Under the pieces are notes generated by a model. It was not told where the DNA came from and made no database searches. It worked only from the letters and a program-made list of their open reading frames with translations. 64,000 nucleotides of DNA from NCBI GenBank assembly GCA_030141605.1, contig JAQGDQ010000370.1, positions 166,088 through 230,087 of the forward strand, in the 5' to 3' direction. Position numbers and translations under genes: made by a program. How positions within the stretch are numbered: position 1 is the stretch's first letter; every line of letters starts with the position of its first letter. The stretch comes from Tubiluchus corallicola (Eukaryota > Animalia > Priapulida). Below are positions 1 to 13,200 of this stretch, in pieces.

Positions 1-6
1 ATGTGT

Positions 7-50
7 TGACGTCATCATCTCGTAGGTTCTGCGCATGCGCAACATAAACA
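7..50. promoter_or_regulatory. Cluster of housekeeping-promoter motifs (CRE, NRF1, forkhead-like)
   Basis: TGACGTCA at 7-14, TGCGCATGCGCA at 30-41, ACATAAACA at 42-50. The target gene is not established. Confidence 0.35.
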
Positions 51-517
51 TTTATTTGCAATTTTCAATTGCCTTCCTAATGAGCCATCGTGTGTACGAA
101 TCGGTCCACCATGAGGGAGAATATATGGTATTGAATACCAAAATAGCTCAAAATTCACGTCGTAATCACAGGTGGGCTTAAACTTCTGGCCACGACTGTA
201 AAATGAATCTTTTTTGTTGCTGATGAAAACGTGTAAGTTCTTGTGTACCTCAGTGATACGTAATTCAGTTTTTCTGCATTATTTTGCTACCATTGTTATA
301 GGTACTGTATTTATATTGACTAACATTTTTATATATCAACTGATACCTGTGCAACGCATATGAAAGATAGAGAATTGCTGTCCTAATTAGGGTTACCATA
401 CGTCCGGGATCCCCGAGCACATCCTCTTTTTGCTCCTCTGTCCGGATGGGTTTTCAAAAAATTGGCAGTTTGTCTGGGTTTTGCCTCATATGAAAGATAG
501 AGAATTGCTGTCCTAAT

Positions 518-1103
518 TAGGGTTACCATACATCCGGGTTTCCCCAGACACGTCCTCTTTTTGGGCATCTGTCCGGGCGGGTTTTCAAAAACTTGGCAGT
601 TTGTCTTCCGTGTTTTGCCTCAATCCGTAAGCATGTACAGACGTTGCCAACTGCAGAGGCATACGACAGTACGAAACAAAGAAAAGCTCGTTAATTTTCA
701 ATACAAGATGCTGCTAACATCTCAAAATGCAACCCTTGTAAAAGCTTTGTGTACATATTTACTGAACAAAAGCAAGCGATGCGCACATCACTATGGGTCA
801 CACGACTCACACCGCTGTCGATACTTGGCGTATTCGCTAACGAGTTAAAATGACGTCAGCTTCCGGGAGCCATTTTGTTTGTTTCTATGTGAATTTCTTT
901 AAATTTGTATAGTTTCGCTGTTTTGCAGTTTTGAGCGTAACTGACAAAACTTAATTAGAAAGTAGCAATGCCGAAACGACAGTGTGCATTTACAGATGAA
1001 ATGAAGGCCAAGTACCCGTGATTTCGCGCAGGTCGATATTACTGGGAAGCCGAATGCTCGACATGTGGTCCTCTTTTTCAACTTGGACAATATGGTAACC
1101 CTA
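518..1103 (+). mobile_element. Non-autonomous hAT-type DNA transposon retaining the transposase N-terminus; left end tandemly duplicated (second left TIR at 388)
   Basis: TIR TAGGGTTACCATA at 518 (and 388), inverted copy at 1091-1103. Flanks TCCTAAT / TCCTAAA. 968-1070 reads MPKRQCAFTDEMKAKYP*FRAGRYYWEAECSTCG, resembling a hAT zinc-finger N-terminus. Confidence 0.75.
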
Positions 1104-1480
1104 TCCTAAATGACATTTTTCTCTTGTTCCTCCTCGAGTAAAATTTCGTAAGAGTAATTTTAACAGTAACCTTTTAGCCGAATTTGCTTACTTTCGTACT
1201 GTTAACAAGTTTTTTTCTGAAAAAATTTATGGAAATGGTCATTGCTGCTGGATTTGTGTTTGGGTGATCAGGAAGTAGTGAATAATGTGCTTGTTGTTAC
1301 TTCCTCTAAGAGGAGACCGCATTGGCAGAGACGTTTTACGTACATATAGGCGTATATGCATTCTTTCTCAATAAAAAAATAGTCGGTAGCAGTGTGGCAA
1401 GTGAAACGATCTGAAATGATCGTTCAAATCCACAATCAATTGAATTTACTTTAAAAAACAGGATGTCTAAAAGTTCTGAA

Positions 1481-1551
1481 CAGCCTGGATTTGAACCTGG
1501 GACCTTCTGCTTAGAAGTTCAATGTCATAACTGCAAGGCTGCAAGATCGCC
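1481..1551 (-). mobile_element. tRNA-derived SINE head / tRNA pseudogene (Arg TCT-like)
   Basis: Minus strand has B box GGTTCAAATCC and anticodon loop CTTCTAA. The D arm and acceptor stem are degenerate. Confidence 0.55.
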
Positions 1552-1892
1552 ACTGTCCAAAGTTCATCCCTTGTACTTGGGTAACTAAGCCAGCAGGTTT
1601 CAGGGTTTCTGATGTTAGACTGCTCATACGAGAGTGATTCTATCTGATTAGATTAACTTCTTGCATTAGGAAACTTCTCATATGACGTACCTCACAGCCA
1701 CATGGCTTTCTGTCATGTATGGAACAATATAGTCTTTCTGTTCTCTTGCCATTATGCGTACAATGATGCATACAAGTAATTATATATATATTATCCACTT
1801 TTTCATATTCCAAATTTGTCTGCATATGTAGACCAGTGCAAGCGTATAGTAGTGACATGGCTAAATATTTTCACTTGCGTGATACTGTAATA

Positions 1893-2374
1893 CAGTGGAC
1901 TCTCGTTACAAGAATCACACGTATAAGAATCAGCTCGATATAAGAATCAAAATCGCGTTTCCCGAATTGAATCGGCATTTTCCTAGTGAAAATCCGCTCG
2001 TATAAGAATCACCCTTCTTTCGATAGTAGAATCAATTTTGGCGCCAACTCCATTGTCTCTCACATGGTTCTGCGCAGTGGGCGTGGAGAAAAAAATTATG
2101 TGCATTAAAAAAATTTTAAGGCAATTCTGTCATCATGAAATATTTACCCAACCATGAAATGAAAATATTAGTCTAGTAATTTTTAGGTCCTTTTTAGGCC
2201 AGAAAAACATTATGCTGTTTCATGTCATTTCTAGCGTAATTTCGGGAAATAAATAATTTTTATGTGCATAAAATTTTTTTAAAGCAATTCTGTGTCGTGC
2301 TCGTTATAAGAATCGCTTGTTATAAGAATCACTTTGCCTTCTCCCGAGGTGATTCTTATAACGAGAGTCCACTG
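1893..2374. mobile_element. Tc1/mariner (pogo/Tigger-like) MITE
   Basis: TIR CAGTGGACTCTCGTTAYAAGAATCAC at both ends, TA duplication, subterminal ATAAGAATC repeats. Confidence 0.85.
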
Positions 2375-4844
2375 TAGTTGTTAATTAGTAGTTTTAATGG
2401 GCGACTTTAATGTCTAGGACAGGAAACCTTTCAGACTATGTTAATGACAACCAGGACGAATATGTAGCACCTGGCCTTGAGACTGAGATCTTAAGAAATG
2501 GAGCTACATTGTATTTTATAGTTAAAGACCTTAAGTAATAGAAATACCTTGTATTTTATAATTTTTCTGTGCCCTGGAGTAACCATAGTATTTTAGTCAA
2601 TGTAAAAATATCAGATCAAATCCGGTTTTGGGAAAATTGACTGAAACTAGTTTTGTGTGCACGAAGAGCCTCATTCTTTTGTGCATACACAGCCTCATAA
2701 AGGGCCAAAGACTGACCAATAACGTTAGATAAAGCTATGTTACCATACTACAATACCAACATAATAAATAATACAGTACATTAGGCAGCCAGTCACTTTT
2801 TAACGTAATTCATTTTTTGTACTTGCAAAATCAAAATTAGAAGAGTTATTTTTAGGCTGTTTATTAGAAAAACTTTTACTTAGCCAAGTAAGAAACTACC
2901 GTAGATATTGTAACCCCTCGTGTTATAAAATTATGTAAAATAGGATTTTGTAATTAACGATGTATAGTTTATTTGATATTGTATGTATGTATAGTTTATT
3001 TGATATTGTATGTATGTTACCTGATGATTCACAGTTTACGTCTTTAAACTTTGGTATACCATATTTTTGTAATATATTGCTTTAAATATCACAATATATT
3101 CGTTGTCACAAACGCGAAGCGTAAAATTATGGAATACAAAGTAGAAATCGTTTTTGTTTTCGTTTTACTTGGATACAGCAAAATGAGAGGGAATATACAG
3201 TTTTCGATAGATTGTAATGTATCCCTAGGCCAACCACAGCACAGCCATGAGACCGCGGTGTTTTGAGAGGAGGCGTGTCGACCATTGCTGTACTTCAAAA
3301 TTCTACCAAATGATAATAATGCAATGACGAGATAGGGAAATGCTTGTCTTTAACTTTTTATTCCTCCATTTAGTCCAAAACTGAACAAGCGACCAAAGAT
3401 CCAAAAACAATTGTGAACCAATTAACAAAGGTGCACATCTGAAAAAAAAACAAAATTGGGGTTTCAAAAAACAAATAATTGCATTTGATGGCACTGACAA
3501 AATTTTCCTCAAATTAACATGCAAATTTTCTGCAGAATGTAAGATAAAAACACTCGGGACTATGTACTGTTTTAGACTTTGTGAGTTAACACATGCAATT
3601 TTATGGAAACTAGAATTGTAAATTTGAACTTTTGATTCAGTAAGATGAACAGGCTGCAACAGTGGGTGTATTTACTGCTATTTTATTCAGCAGCTTAGTG
3701 TAAGGTTTGCTGAATTAGATTAACATAGAAACGTTTTTATTAATTTATCATAGCCACAAGTTTTTATCTTTAACTATAGCTGAATACTGAATAGCTTTGC
3801 CTACAGGCCTTATCTTGTCTGTTTTGCATTGTCTTACCTTGTTTTGTCTTACCTTGCCTTTTCCTATCATAATATCCTGTCCTGCTTTATCTACGCTGCT
3901 CTACCCCACTCCTACCCTGTCTTATCTTACCTTATCCTATCTGATATCCTACTTTTCTGTCTTATCCTGCTCTGCCTTGGCTTACCCTGCACTGTCTAAA
4001 ATCGTCTCATCTTATCTCTTTAAAATGTACGCGAGCAATAAAAGTTTATGCGAACTTATTTGAAATGGCGAAAATGGTTATTAATTTTTTATAATTATTA
4101 GAATATCTATGGTTTTAACAATACTTCCATGCATACTTTACCTTTATCAGCGCTAGAGAGCAGCATCTGCGACGTACCGACGCACTGGTTTTGCTTTTGT
4201 ATTTTGATGGTTTTACACCACATATAATCAACATTTAGTTAATTAATTGACAGTTCTTTCTTTTCGGGTTCAGGTATTTTTACTTTGATTGTTTAATTTA
4301 GTGTTACCGCGTATATAAATACTATGATTCACTGTTTTCGTTCAAACAGGCTGGTACAACTCAATTCTGATTTTTCTATTTTTTCCCGTAGTAACAATGT
4401 CATATAACACTTTAACAGAAATGATGTAAATAACGAATAGAAATAGCAAACATATTCGAGATTAGCTTTTTTATTTGCACGTACAATTAGTTAATACTAA
4501 GATAAATGGAGAAAACTAGTATGGGCAGAAAGCTAGATAGATTCGCGCGGTACATCACAGGTATGTTGAGTAACAATAATTTATGTCTCTTGCATTTTGG
4601 AAACTTGAGTAAGAAACAGACGAGATCGTGACATGACAATATTGAGATGCAAATTTACAGTGATCGATTAGTATTACAGTCATTATGTTAGTAAATATGT
4701 CGTAAGAGTAAACAGTCCTTAAACAATATAAAAAAGCCTGGCATGTAAAGAATGTTTAAACTGCTGGCCTAAACAAGTTAGTATAAATGTACATGATAAA
4801 ATGAGCTAAGTCAAAGCAAGACTAGAAATACCAAGCTTAACTCA

Positions 4845-5290
4845 TAGAAAATGTGCAATGAAGGGCTACAAAACTGGTTCCATCATTCAGTGACTTGCAT
4901 TATACAGAAAGATTAAGAAAATTAAGCATTACACCTTTGCAATACAGACGCCAACGAAGTGAGATGATTCAGGTTTTTAGAATTATCAATAAAATAGATG
5001 TTTTGGACGAGTCATCGTTCTTTTTGAGGAATTCAGCATTTACAAGAGGGCATCCTTATAAATTCTATAAACCCCGAAGCCAGACTGGATGTGAGGAAGT
5101 ACGTCTTCAGCAACCGAGTTGTAAACAGTTGGAATGGTCTAAACAGCAAAACTATAGCATCTAAATCAATAAATGAATTTAAACGAAATTTAGAATATGA
5201 GTGGAATCAAAAGAACTTTTTTGTAACATACACACATTAATGTCAGCAGAGAACAGGCATTATAGGTTATCCATGGATCTACCTCTAGCC
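4845..5290 (+). mobile_element. CR1-type LINE 3' fragment (decayed ORF2 C-terminus)
   Basis: Reads ENVQ*RATKLVP..YTERLRKL..LQYRRQRSEMIQVFRI..TRGHPYKF then, after a frameshift, RLDVRKYVFSNRVVNSWNGL. Confidence 0.85.
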
Positions 5291-5764
5291 TTAAGATTGG
5301 ATATGGATCGTGTACTGAAATTTAAACGGACACTCTCGCTTTTATTATTTTAGATGTGCTGTAAAAGTGTCTATTGCTTCTAATACTTAACTTTTTTATA
5401 TTTGTATATATTATATGTTCTATTGCACCCATTATTCGTTTCAGTGTACTAAAAAAAATGTTGAATTGAAATTGAGTTCAATTAAAATTTTGCGAACACA
5501 AAATTAGATTTCTGTGGTAACAATTCATTCAAGTAAATCATTAAAATATAATGTTCCCGTTCAATATTTGATACGTTAGATTGTTTTGAGCCATTGTTTA
5601 AGATTGGGTCCTGTATCCCTTTAAGTGGAATGGTAGATAATAGAAGGTCAAACAGGTCTTCATGTGCAGTAGATGAATGTGTAAGTGGATGGAGCTTTGA
5701 TCAAGCGTAGAACAAGGCTGGCCTTGTTTAGCAGGTTACGTGAAAATAGAAACCTCTTCATTTG

Positions 5765-6644
5765 CAGGGATGAGAATGACAAAATGCAAAAAACTCTGAA
5801 ACAGGACGGGGTTTTGGGGGCCGTGTAGGAGCCCCCTTGGAGCTAGCAACAAATTGCAATTTTGTGACCATAGAGAGCCTCTAATTGTACTTAAAATATC
5901 AGTTACCTTGTTTCATGCATAATTTAAAATACCAAACTATCAAGGATACATGATACCTAATTGTCTCAAAAACGCCTAAGTACTGGCCGCTCCTATGCAA
6001 AAGTATATAAAAACTGTCTGCAATTGACTCAAATAACTCCGCACAATTGATTCTATATTTTTATACATAGAGATATACACGTGGTTACACTGATGTACGT
6101 GATGTAAACAAAGTGACGGCCTGCCAACTAGCGGTCAGCTTGTGAAATAATGTACTGGGTCCGTAAAAATTTTCTCAACAAATTTACGCGATTTACAAAA
6201 ATGGCACTACTGGTCTTCCAAAAGCTCGGAATTTCCGTGTATCCGCAGAAAATTCTCATCCCTGGACATTAAATGCTAACAATAAGAAAGTGACGCGAGC
6301 AACAAACCTTGTCTCCCTCCACTACATCAAACTCTACGATCTCTCCGTCACCCACGCTGCGTAGGTACTTGCGCGGGTTGTTCTTAATAATAGCCGTCTG
6401 AAAAAGCAATAAACATAAACAGCTAGCTTTTGCAATGACACCGAATGGACTTTCGTAAAGTGACCGTCCTGCCTTAAAACCTAGGCGTGTTTGTCAGCCT
6501 TATGTAGTTTTAACCATTCTGTAACGACCGCAGAAATTAGAAACCAACTAGCGTAAAACTTTTCTCAACGAATTTACAAAAATGGCACTACTGGTCTTCC
6601 AAAAACTCGGAATTCCGCGTATCTGCTGAAAATTCTCATCCCTC
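5765..6644 (+). mobile_element. Composite hAT-like MITE (CAGGGATGAGAAT family) carrying a captured exon
   Basis: Complete MITE at 5765-6264, about 280 bp of cargo, then a second right end at 6544-6644. CATTTG directly flanks both outer ends (5759-5764, 6645-6650). Confidence 0.8.
6308..6397 (-). pseudogene. Orphan Y-box binding protein (cold-shock domain) exon
   Basis: 90-nt phase 0/0 exon, TTTTTCAG|...|GTTTGT, encoding [30 protein letters not shown], nearly identical to the YBX1 CSD exon. No neighbouring YBX exons were found in the window. Confidence 0.85.
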
Positions 6645-6771
6645 CATTTGATAATAATAATAATCTTTTTATTTATGTTGCAACACACGCACAGTTGTAC
6701 TACAATTAATTTGGAAACAAAAATGTGAAGAAAGGGCAGCGAAAGACCTTAAGGTGTAATCTTTAATAGTA

Positions 6772-7252
6772 CAGTTAACCTCCGATATAAGGGACACCTC
6801 CGTACCAGAAAAAATCGTCTCTTATATCCGATGTCCCTTATAGCCAAAGTTGAGTCAGACCAAGGGTGTATCTAGACCTGTACTTTTACCCATATTTTTA
6901 TGGATTATTGCTACACATTCAGACATTCAGTGCAAACGGTATGTAGGAAGCTCCTTCAGTGTTGCGAGATGTACGTGACCGCGGAAACCGAGCTGTTCGA
7001 AGGTCGAGTTCGCAAAAAAGTGAGGTTAAAAATTGATAAATTTCGCTTCAATCATAGGGCCCTTTAGATGCGAGGTAATTTACCTGGGTTTCTATTACGC
7101 GGGACCTGAAGATACCGTCCCTTTTAACCGAAAGTCTCTTATATCCGAGTACCTTATATACGAAGATTTTTACATGGGAAAAACATTACGAAAAATCGGG
7201 ACCGCTGTTGGTGGTCCCTTATAAGCGAGTACCTTATACCTGAGGTTGACTG
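6772..7252. mobile_element. Tc1/mariner (pogo/Tigger-like) MITE
   Basis: TA|CAGTTAACCTCCGATATAAGG ... CCTTATACCTGAGGTTGACTG|TA. Confidence 0.8.
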
Positions 7253-7479
7253 TAGTTGTAAATTGTAATGTTTCACATTACTTCACATTGTTTAGCATTT
7301 ACTGTAAGAGTTTATGGTTTGCTGCAGATGTTATTATCAATCATTATCTTTCATTTTATAGCTAAATACATTTTACACAACAGTGCTGTTTTCGTGCACC
7401 AAACATTGATGGTCATTCCATAACTGATTTGTCTACTCTCTTGAACCAGCAATAGCGTAATTTTATTTTCAGAAGCCTA

Positions 7480-10180
7480 ATGGCAGAATCCACATTGCCT
7501 AACGAGCAGCCGGAAGAAGATGCTGCCGCCTTGCAGTTTCCCAAAGGTAAGCCCTAGGAGATTCTTACAGGATTGATTTATGTCAGATCTGACAACTTGA
7601 ACTCTGTATCATAAAAGGGGGGGGGGGCGCAGATTGTGTTCGCAAGCCGAGCAAGACTGTTAATCTCTTTTAATTGTAAGTGACTAAGGTAAAAGACTGT
7701 ACAGGTTTTAGTCTTTGTTTTGCAGCTCTCGAGAACATATAGAATACATCAAAACTGAACACCTCTGAACTGAGAGGTACAGTAGCTGCTTTTTGTGCAA
7801 CGTGTTTCCGAGATGTAGGCTCTAGTGCCATTTAATCAGCGAATGGCAAAATGCATCTAGCAGCAAAGAACTACACAAAGCAAATACTTAATTACCAGTC
7901 TGTAGTAATAATTCTTTCATGTAAGCCCTTCTTGACAAAATAGTATGTTCCATTTCAATATTTTGTAGACTAGACTGTCTTGAGTTATAGTTTAAGATTG
8001 CGCCTGGTTTTCCTTTAAACAATTCCTGATCACATCATACAAAAATCCATTGGTCTTTCGACTAATTTGCTGCAAAGTGATAGAGTAAAATAGCATCAAT
8101 GTTGTGGGTACTATATACAATAGCATCAATATTGTGGGTACAATATACAATAGCATCAATATTGTGGGTACAATATACAGTAGCATCAATATTGTGGGTA
8201 CAATATACAATAGCATCAATATTGTGGGTACAATATACAATAGCATCAATATTGTGGGTACAATATACAATAGCATCAATATTGTGGGTACAATATACAA
8301 TAGCATCAATATTGTGGGCACAATATACAGTAGCATCAATATTGTGGGTACAATATACAATAGCATCAATATTGTGGGTACAATATACAATAGCATAAAT
8401 ATTGTGGTACAATATACAATAGCATCAATATTGTGGGTACAATATACAATAGCATCAATTTTGTGGGTACAATATACAATAGCATCAATATTGTGGGTAC
8501 AATATACAATAGCATCTATATTGTGGGTACAATATACAATAGCATCAATATTGTGGGTACAATATACAATAGCATCTATATTGTGGGTACAATATACAAT
8601 AGCATCAATATTGTGGGTACAATATGCAATAGCATCAATATTGTGGGTACAATATACAATAGCATCAATATTGTGGGTACAGTATACAATAGCATCAATA
8701 TTGTGGGTACAATATACAATAGCATCAGTATTGTGGGTGCAATATACAATAGCATCAATATTGTGGGTGCAATATACAATAGCATCAATATTGTGCTACA
8801 ATATACAATAGCATCAATATTGTGGGTGCAATATACAATAGCATCAATTTTGTGGGTACAATATACAATAGCATCAATATTGTGGGTGCAATATACAATA
8901 GCATCTATATTGTGGGTGCAATATACAATAGCATCAATATTGTGGGTACAATATACAATAGCATCTATATTGTGGGTACAATATACAATAGCATCAATAT
9001 TGTGGGTACAATATACAATAGCATCAATATTGTGGGTACAGTATACAATAGCATCAATATTGTGGGTACAATATACAATAGCATCAATATTGTGGGTGCA
9101 ATATACAATAGCATCAATATTGTGGGTGCAATATACAATAGCATCAATATTATGGGTACAATATACAATAGCATCAATATTGTGGGTACAATATACAATA
9201 GCATCAATATTGTAGGTACAATATACAATAGCATCAATATTGTGGGTACAATATAAAATAGCATCAATATACGTAAAAAAAATATGTGATAGTAACATGC
9301 CTGTAACCTGCATAATATTTTTTCACAGTGGTACAAAACAATGAGTAATGCTACAGAACAGTTTGTTACATCAGAGTATTAGTGAGACTCAAAGATTTAG
9401 CGTGGCACATTCGCGCATCTTGTAACCTAACGGCAGCTATTCTCAAGACCGTGCTAGAAAATATCGTTTTCTGTGAACTATTGTAATCTATCTTTCTCCA
9501 TTTTAAGTTTTTTTCTCGTTTAATGATAAAATTTTTACTGCACATGTATTTATTTTATAACAGTGATTGTAAACACATTGTAAATTATTTTATATTGTAT
9601 TATATGGCAAGGAGAAGTGCTACATACCTGCTGCCATTTTCTTTGTAAAAATGCATTTTTATGAATGTTCTTAAATAAAAAAACTAAACTAAAATCATAG
9701 GCTGCTTTTAGATGGTTGAAATATAGAGTTGTTTGTCAGCAAATTCTCTTTTGAACCCATTTTATTATTTCAGAATTATTGAATATACCAAAATGCTGAA
9801 TGACACCTATTGGTGAATCACATTTTTCATCATTAGATTTTAGTAGCTTTGATTACACTTGTTCAATATGATAAACCATGTAATAGACTATAATAGATCA
9901 AGAAAAATCATTTCCATTATCTGTTTTTATAATCACTTGTAGTCGTAATTATTTCTATTAAATCTATTCCCAAACCTAAAGAGCCCTATAGCCTGCTAGT
10001 TCTTTTTTTATAAGATACTATACATTTTATAAACGTTCTTAATAGTAATACCACTACTGCTGCTACTGCACTGCTACTACTACTACTACTACTACTACTA
10101 CTGCTACTGCTACTACTACTGCTACTGCTACTACTGCTACTACTACTACTACTACTACTACTACTGCTACTCTGCTACTG

Positions 10181-10213
<33 letters not shown>

Positions 10214-13200
10214 ACTAATAATAATAATAATAATAATAATAACAACAACAACAAGAAAAACAACAACAGCAACAACAAAAACAACAACAACGTGGTAGTG
10301 AAGCCAGCCATTCTTACTTTCGGGCACGCAAAACCATAAAGTCTTGAAGTCTTGAATAAAATACTTCTAAAAGTCTTTGACGACATACTAGAAGTATTTG
10401 GAGTAAATCTACAGCTGACGGCAATGATTAGGCAACGCGGTGCTGAAGTTATAAATTGTTCACTTGTTTTATCGTGAATATTTTCAACTTTTCAGAATTC
10501 GAGAATGCCGAAACATTGCTGATCTCCGAAGTTTTCATGTTGCTTGAGCACAGGAAGTCGCAGAATGAGGGAGCAGAGGATGAGCAGGAATTATCCGAAG
10601 TCTTTCTCAAAACACTCAGCTATACGGAACGATTTAGTAAATTTAAGAACAGAGAAACCATCGCTGCCGTACGAAGGTACGTTGTGCCTATTTCCGGACT
10701 GTCGATTTTTTGTTTGCTGCAATTGCTAGGTTAACATGTACTTTATTGTAGTTCGGCGTCTATTCAGGTTCCGATTCAGATACAAGCCCGATTTAGGCGC
10801 GCATTCAAAGGTGCTTAAAACATGCTACAAACTAATTACTATTCAGACAAGGTGAAAGTATTAAGAAGACTGAAACATAGTATAGTGCAGGGGTGTGCAA
10901 ATTATCTGACTAGCCGGGCCACATTAAACTTTCCCGCAATTCCCGCGGGCCACAGGCAGTTTGATCAAGGAGCCAAGTACAGAAAGGCCAAATAACGATT
11001 TTTTTCGCATTTGACCTGCGTACATCATTACTACTACACTCAAGAAACTATTTTAGGAATTATTAAAATTTATATTACAAACCATATATTTCTACTTTCA
11101 GGACAGATAGTGGTAATTTCATTACAATGCATATATTACTAATGTGTATCACATAGTCTGTGTAGTACAGTGTTATTAAGCTACAATCGTCTTGTAAGGG
11201 TTAATGGCATCCGATCTAGTAGAAAAAACTACCCGCACTATCTTTGGGATCGTGGCACGGACTTCAGCTGGATACACTCAATTAATCGCCCAGGCCGCAC
11301 TTTCATTAGGTTGACAAATCTCTTTGCGGGCCGCACAAATTCTCTCGGCGGGCTGCAAGTGGCCCACGGGCCGCAATTTGCACACCCCTGGTATAGTGGG
11401 AGCCTAATGAGGTTCAATGCAAAATTCAAGCACAAAAGGTATGAGTAGTTAAATAGACTGCGCAAAGCCCGAGTTTCAAAAATACATTTGCCTTGTGTTG
11501 TGCCTCTGCAACCAGTCAGCAGAGGGTCAAAGGTCTTGTAGGTCAAAGGTCGAAACCAAAAAATAACTATTTCATGCAAAATTTGAGCACAAGGAAAATT
11601 TTTGTGGCAGCCTGTAGAGCATGGCTAGTAGTGCTTAGATTTATGATCAAGATGAAAAATACCAGTCATAAGTAGACACAAGACAAACTTGACCGTGGGT
11701 CAGTAGTCATTATTTCACCTTAAATGGAGCAGAAGAAAAAAATTTGTGGGAGCTTGTAGCACAGTTGTACATTTTATGGTTTGTGGAGAATATTTGAATA
11801 TTTGTAATTGTGTGTTACTCTTTTATGCATGTAAATGGTAACTACGCGATTGTATTGCATAATACTGTTGAAAATATTTAACTGCAAGCTGTGGCTGAAA
11901 AATAAATTATTGTTACCTGATTGTAACTTGACAGTTTTATCATTTTAAATAAGAAAGTTAGTTTTAAATAAGCAAGTAATGTTGTTTTTTTTGTGTAGTT
12001 CCTCGTCGCAAATTAAGCTGCATAAGTTTGAGATGGCAGCCATAGCCAACCTGTGTCCGGAAACGGCTGAAGAAGCCAAAGCACTCATTCCTAGGTAAGT
12101 TGATTTAATATTTCGTTTAATAGGCAGTGGCTGAAGCATGACATTTGTTGAAAATTCTTGTCATTATTTTGATGTAGAGCTCCTTTGCGAAATCTTAGAG
12201 TGAACCACATTGATAATACAGTCAGAGCTCGTTCTAATGCCAGGTCTAGCACACCACTAAACATGGTGCTATAGCGGGGTTGACAGTAAGACGAGGTTCA
12301 TTAAATATCAAAGCCCTTCTGCTGTGTAGCTTCTATTTTGTTTCCTAGTTACTTTTGATACGTGATAAAATAGTATAACGTTCAACGGTGGGTGTAATAG
12401 GCATATTTAGAATTTGCGAGAGGGCCGCTGCGTTTTCCCGTACCCAACTCCCGATTTTTTCGAAATTCTGACCAAACAGGCTGCAGAAGAAACGTTCTAG
12501 TGACACCTGGTGGGACTCTCAAAAGGAGATATATAGCTCTTTAGAAAGAGGAAGAACAGGGCTACATGATGATGTGGGCTATATTTTAGGATGCTTCCTT
12601 CCTGAGGAGCTGTGATGAGTTAATTGGCGGTTCCATTTTGCACAATTTTCGCTTGGAAATCTGCTGATGCAAAGCCATTGTTCTGACGTCATCCATTATA
12701 CTCTGTCTATAACCTTATAACTTTAATTCAGTAAAAGCTACTGGCTTTGCATTATGAATGAGGACCATGTAGGATGTTTGCGTATTTTTGATTATGGATG
12801 TATTTATGTGCAATTTTTTTGTGCGGCCTTTGCTAGTAATGTTATTATACCTGCAAGAATGCATGTGTTATATACTGCATTAACAATGCAGGTGTAGTTC
12901 TACGGTGATACATTGCCAGGGAAATTTATTTTAAAATTCTGTGGGAACCCTTAATAAACTGCACAAGATATCAACACAATCACTTAGAGTTTTGTTTATA
13001 ATAACACCTTGTACATGTGTCACAACGTCTTTTGTAATGTGTGACACTTATACAATGCAGTGTTCCCTCGCTACTTCGCGGTTCGTTTATCGCGGACTCG
13101 CTGTTTCGCGGGTTTTTGCGGCACTCCGCCTAAAGTATTTTTGCACATGCGTAGTACGTATTGTACAGTAATGTATAGATTTGATGAATTTTGCATAAAA

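Noticed and set aside
3797-4063. Hydrophobic 88-aa ORF
   Set aside because: Degenerate pentanucleotide low-complexity tract (CCTTAT/CTGTC-like) with no splice or domain support.
7992-9336. Long overlapping ORFs and a CRISPR-like look of the 30-bp array
   Set aside because: Head-to-tail repeat with no spacers and no cas genes, in an intron of a eukaryotic gene. The ORFs arise because the unit is a multiple of 3.
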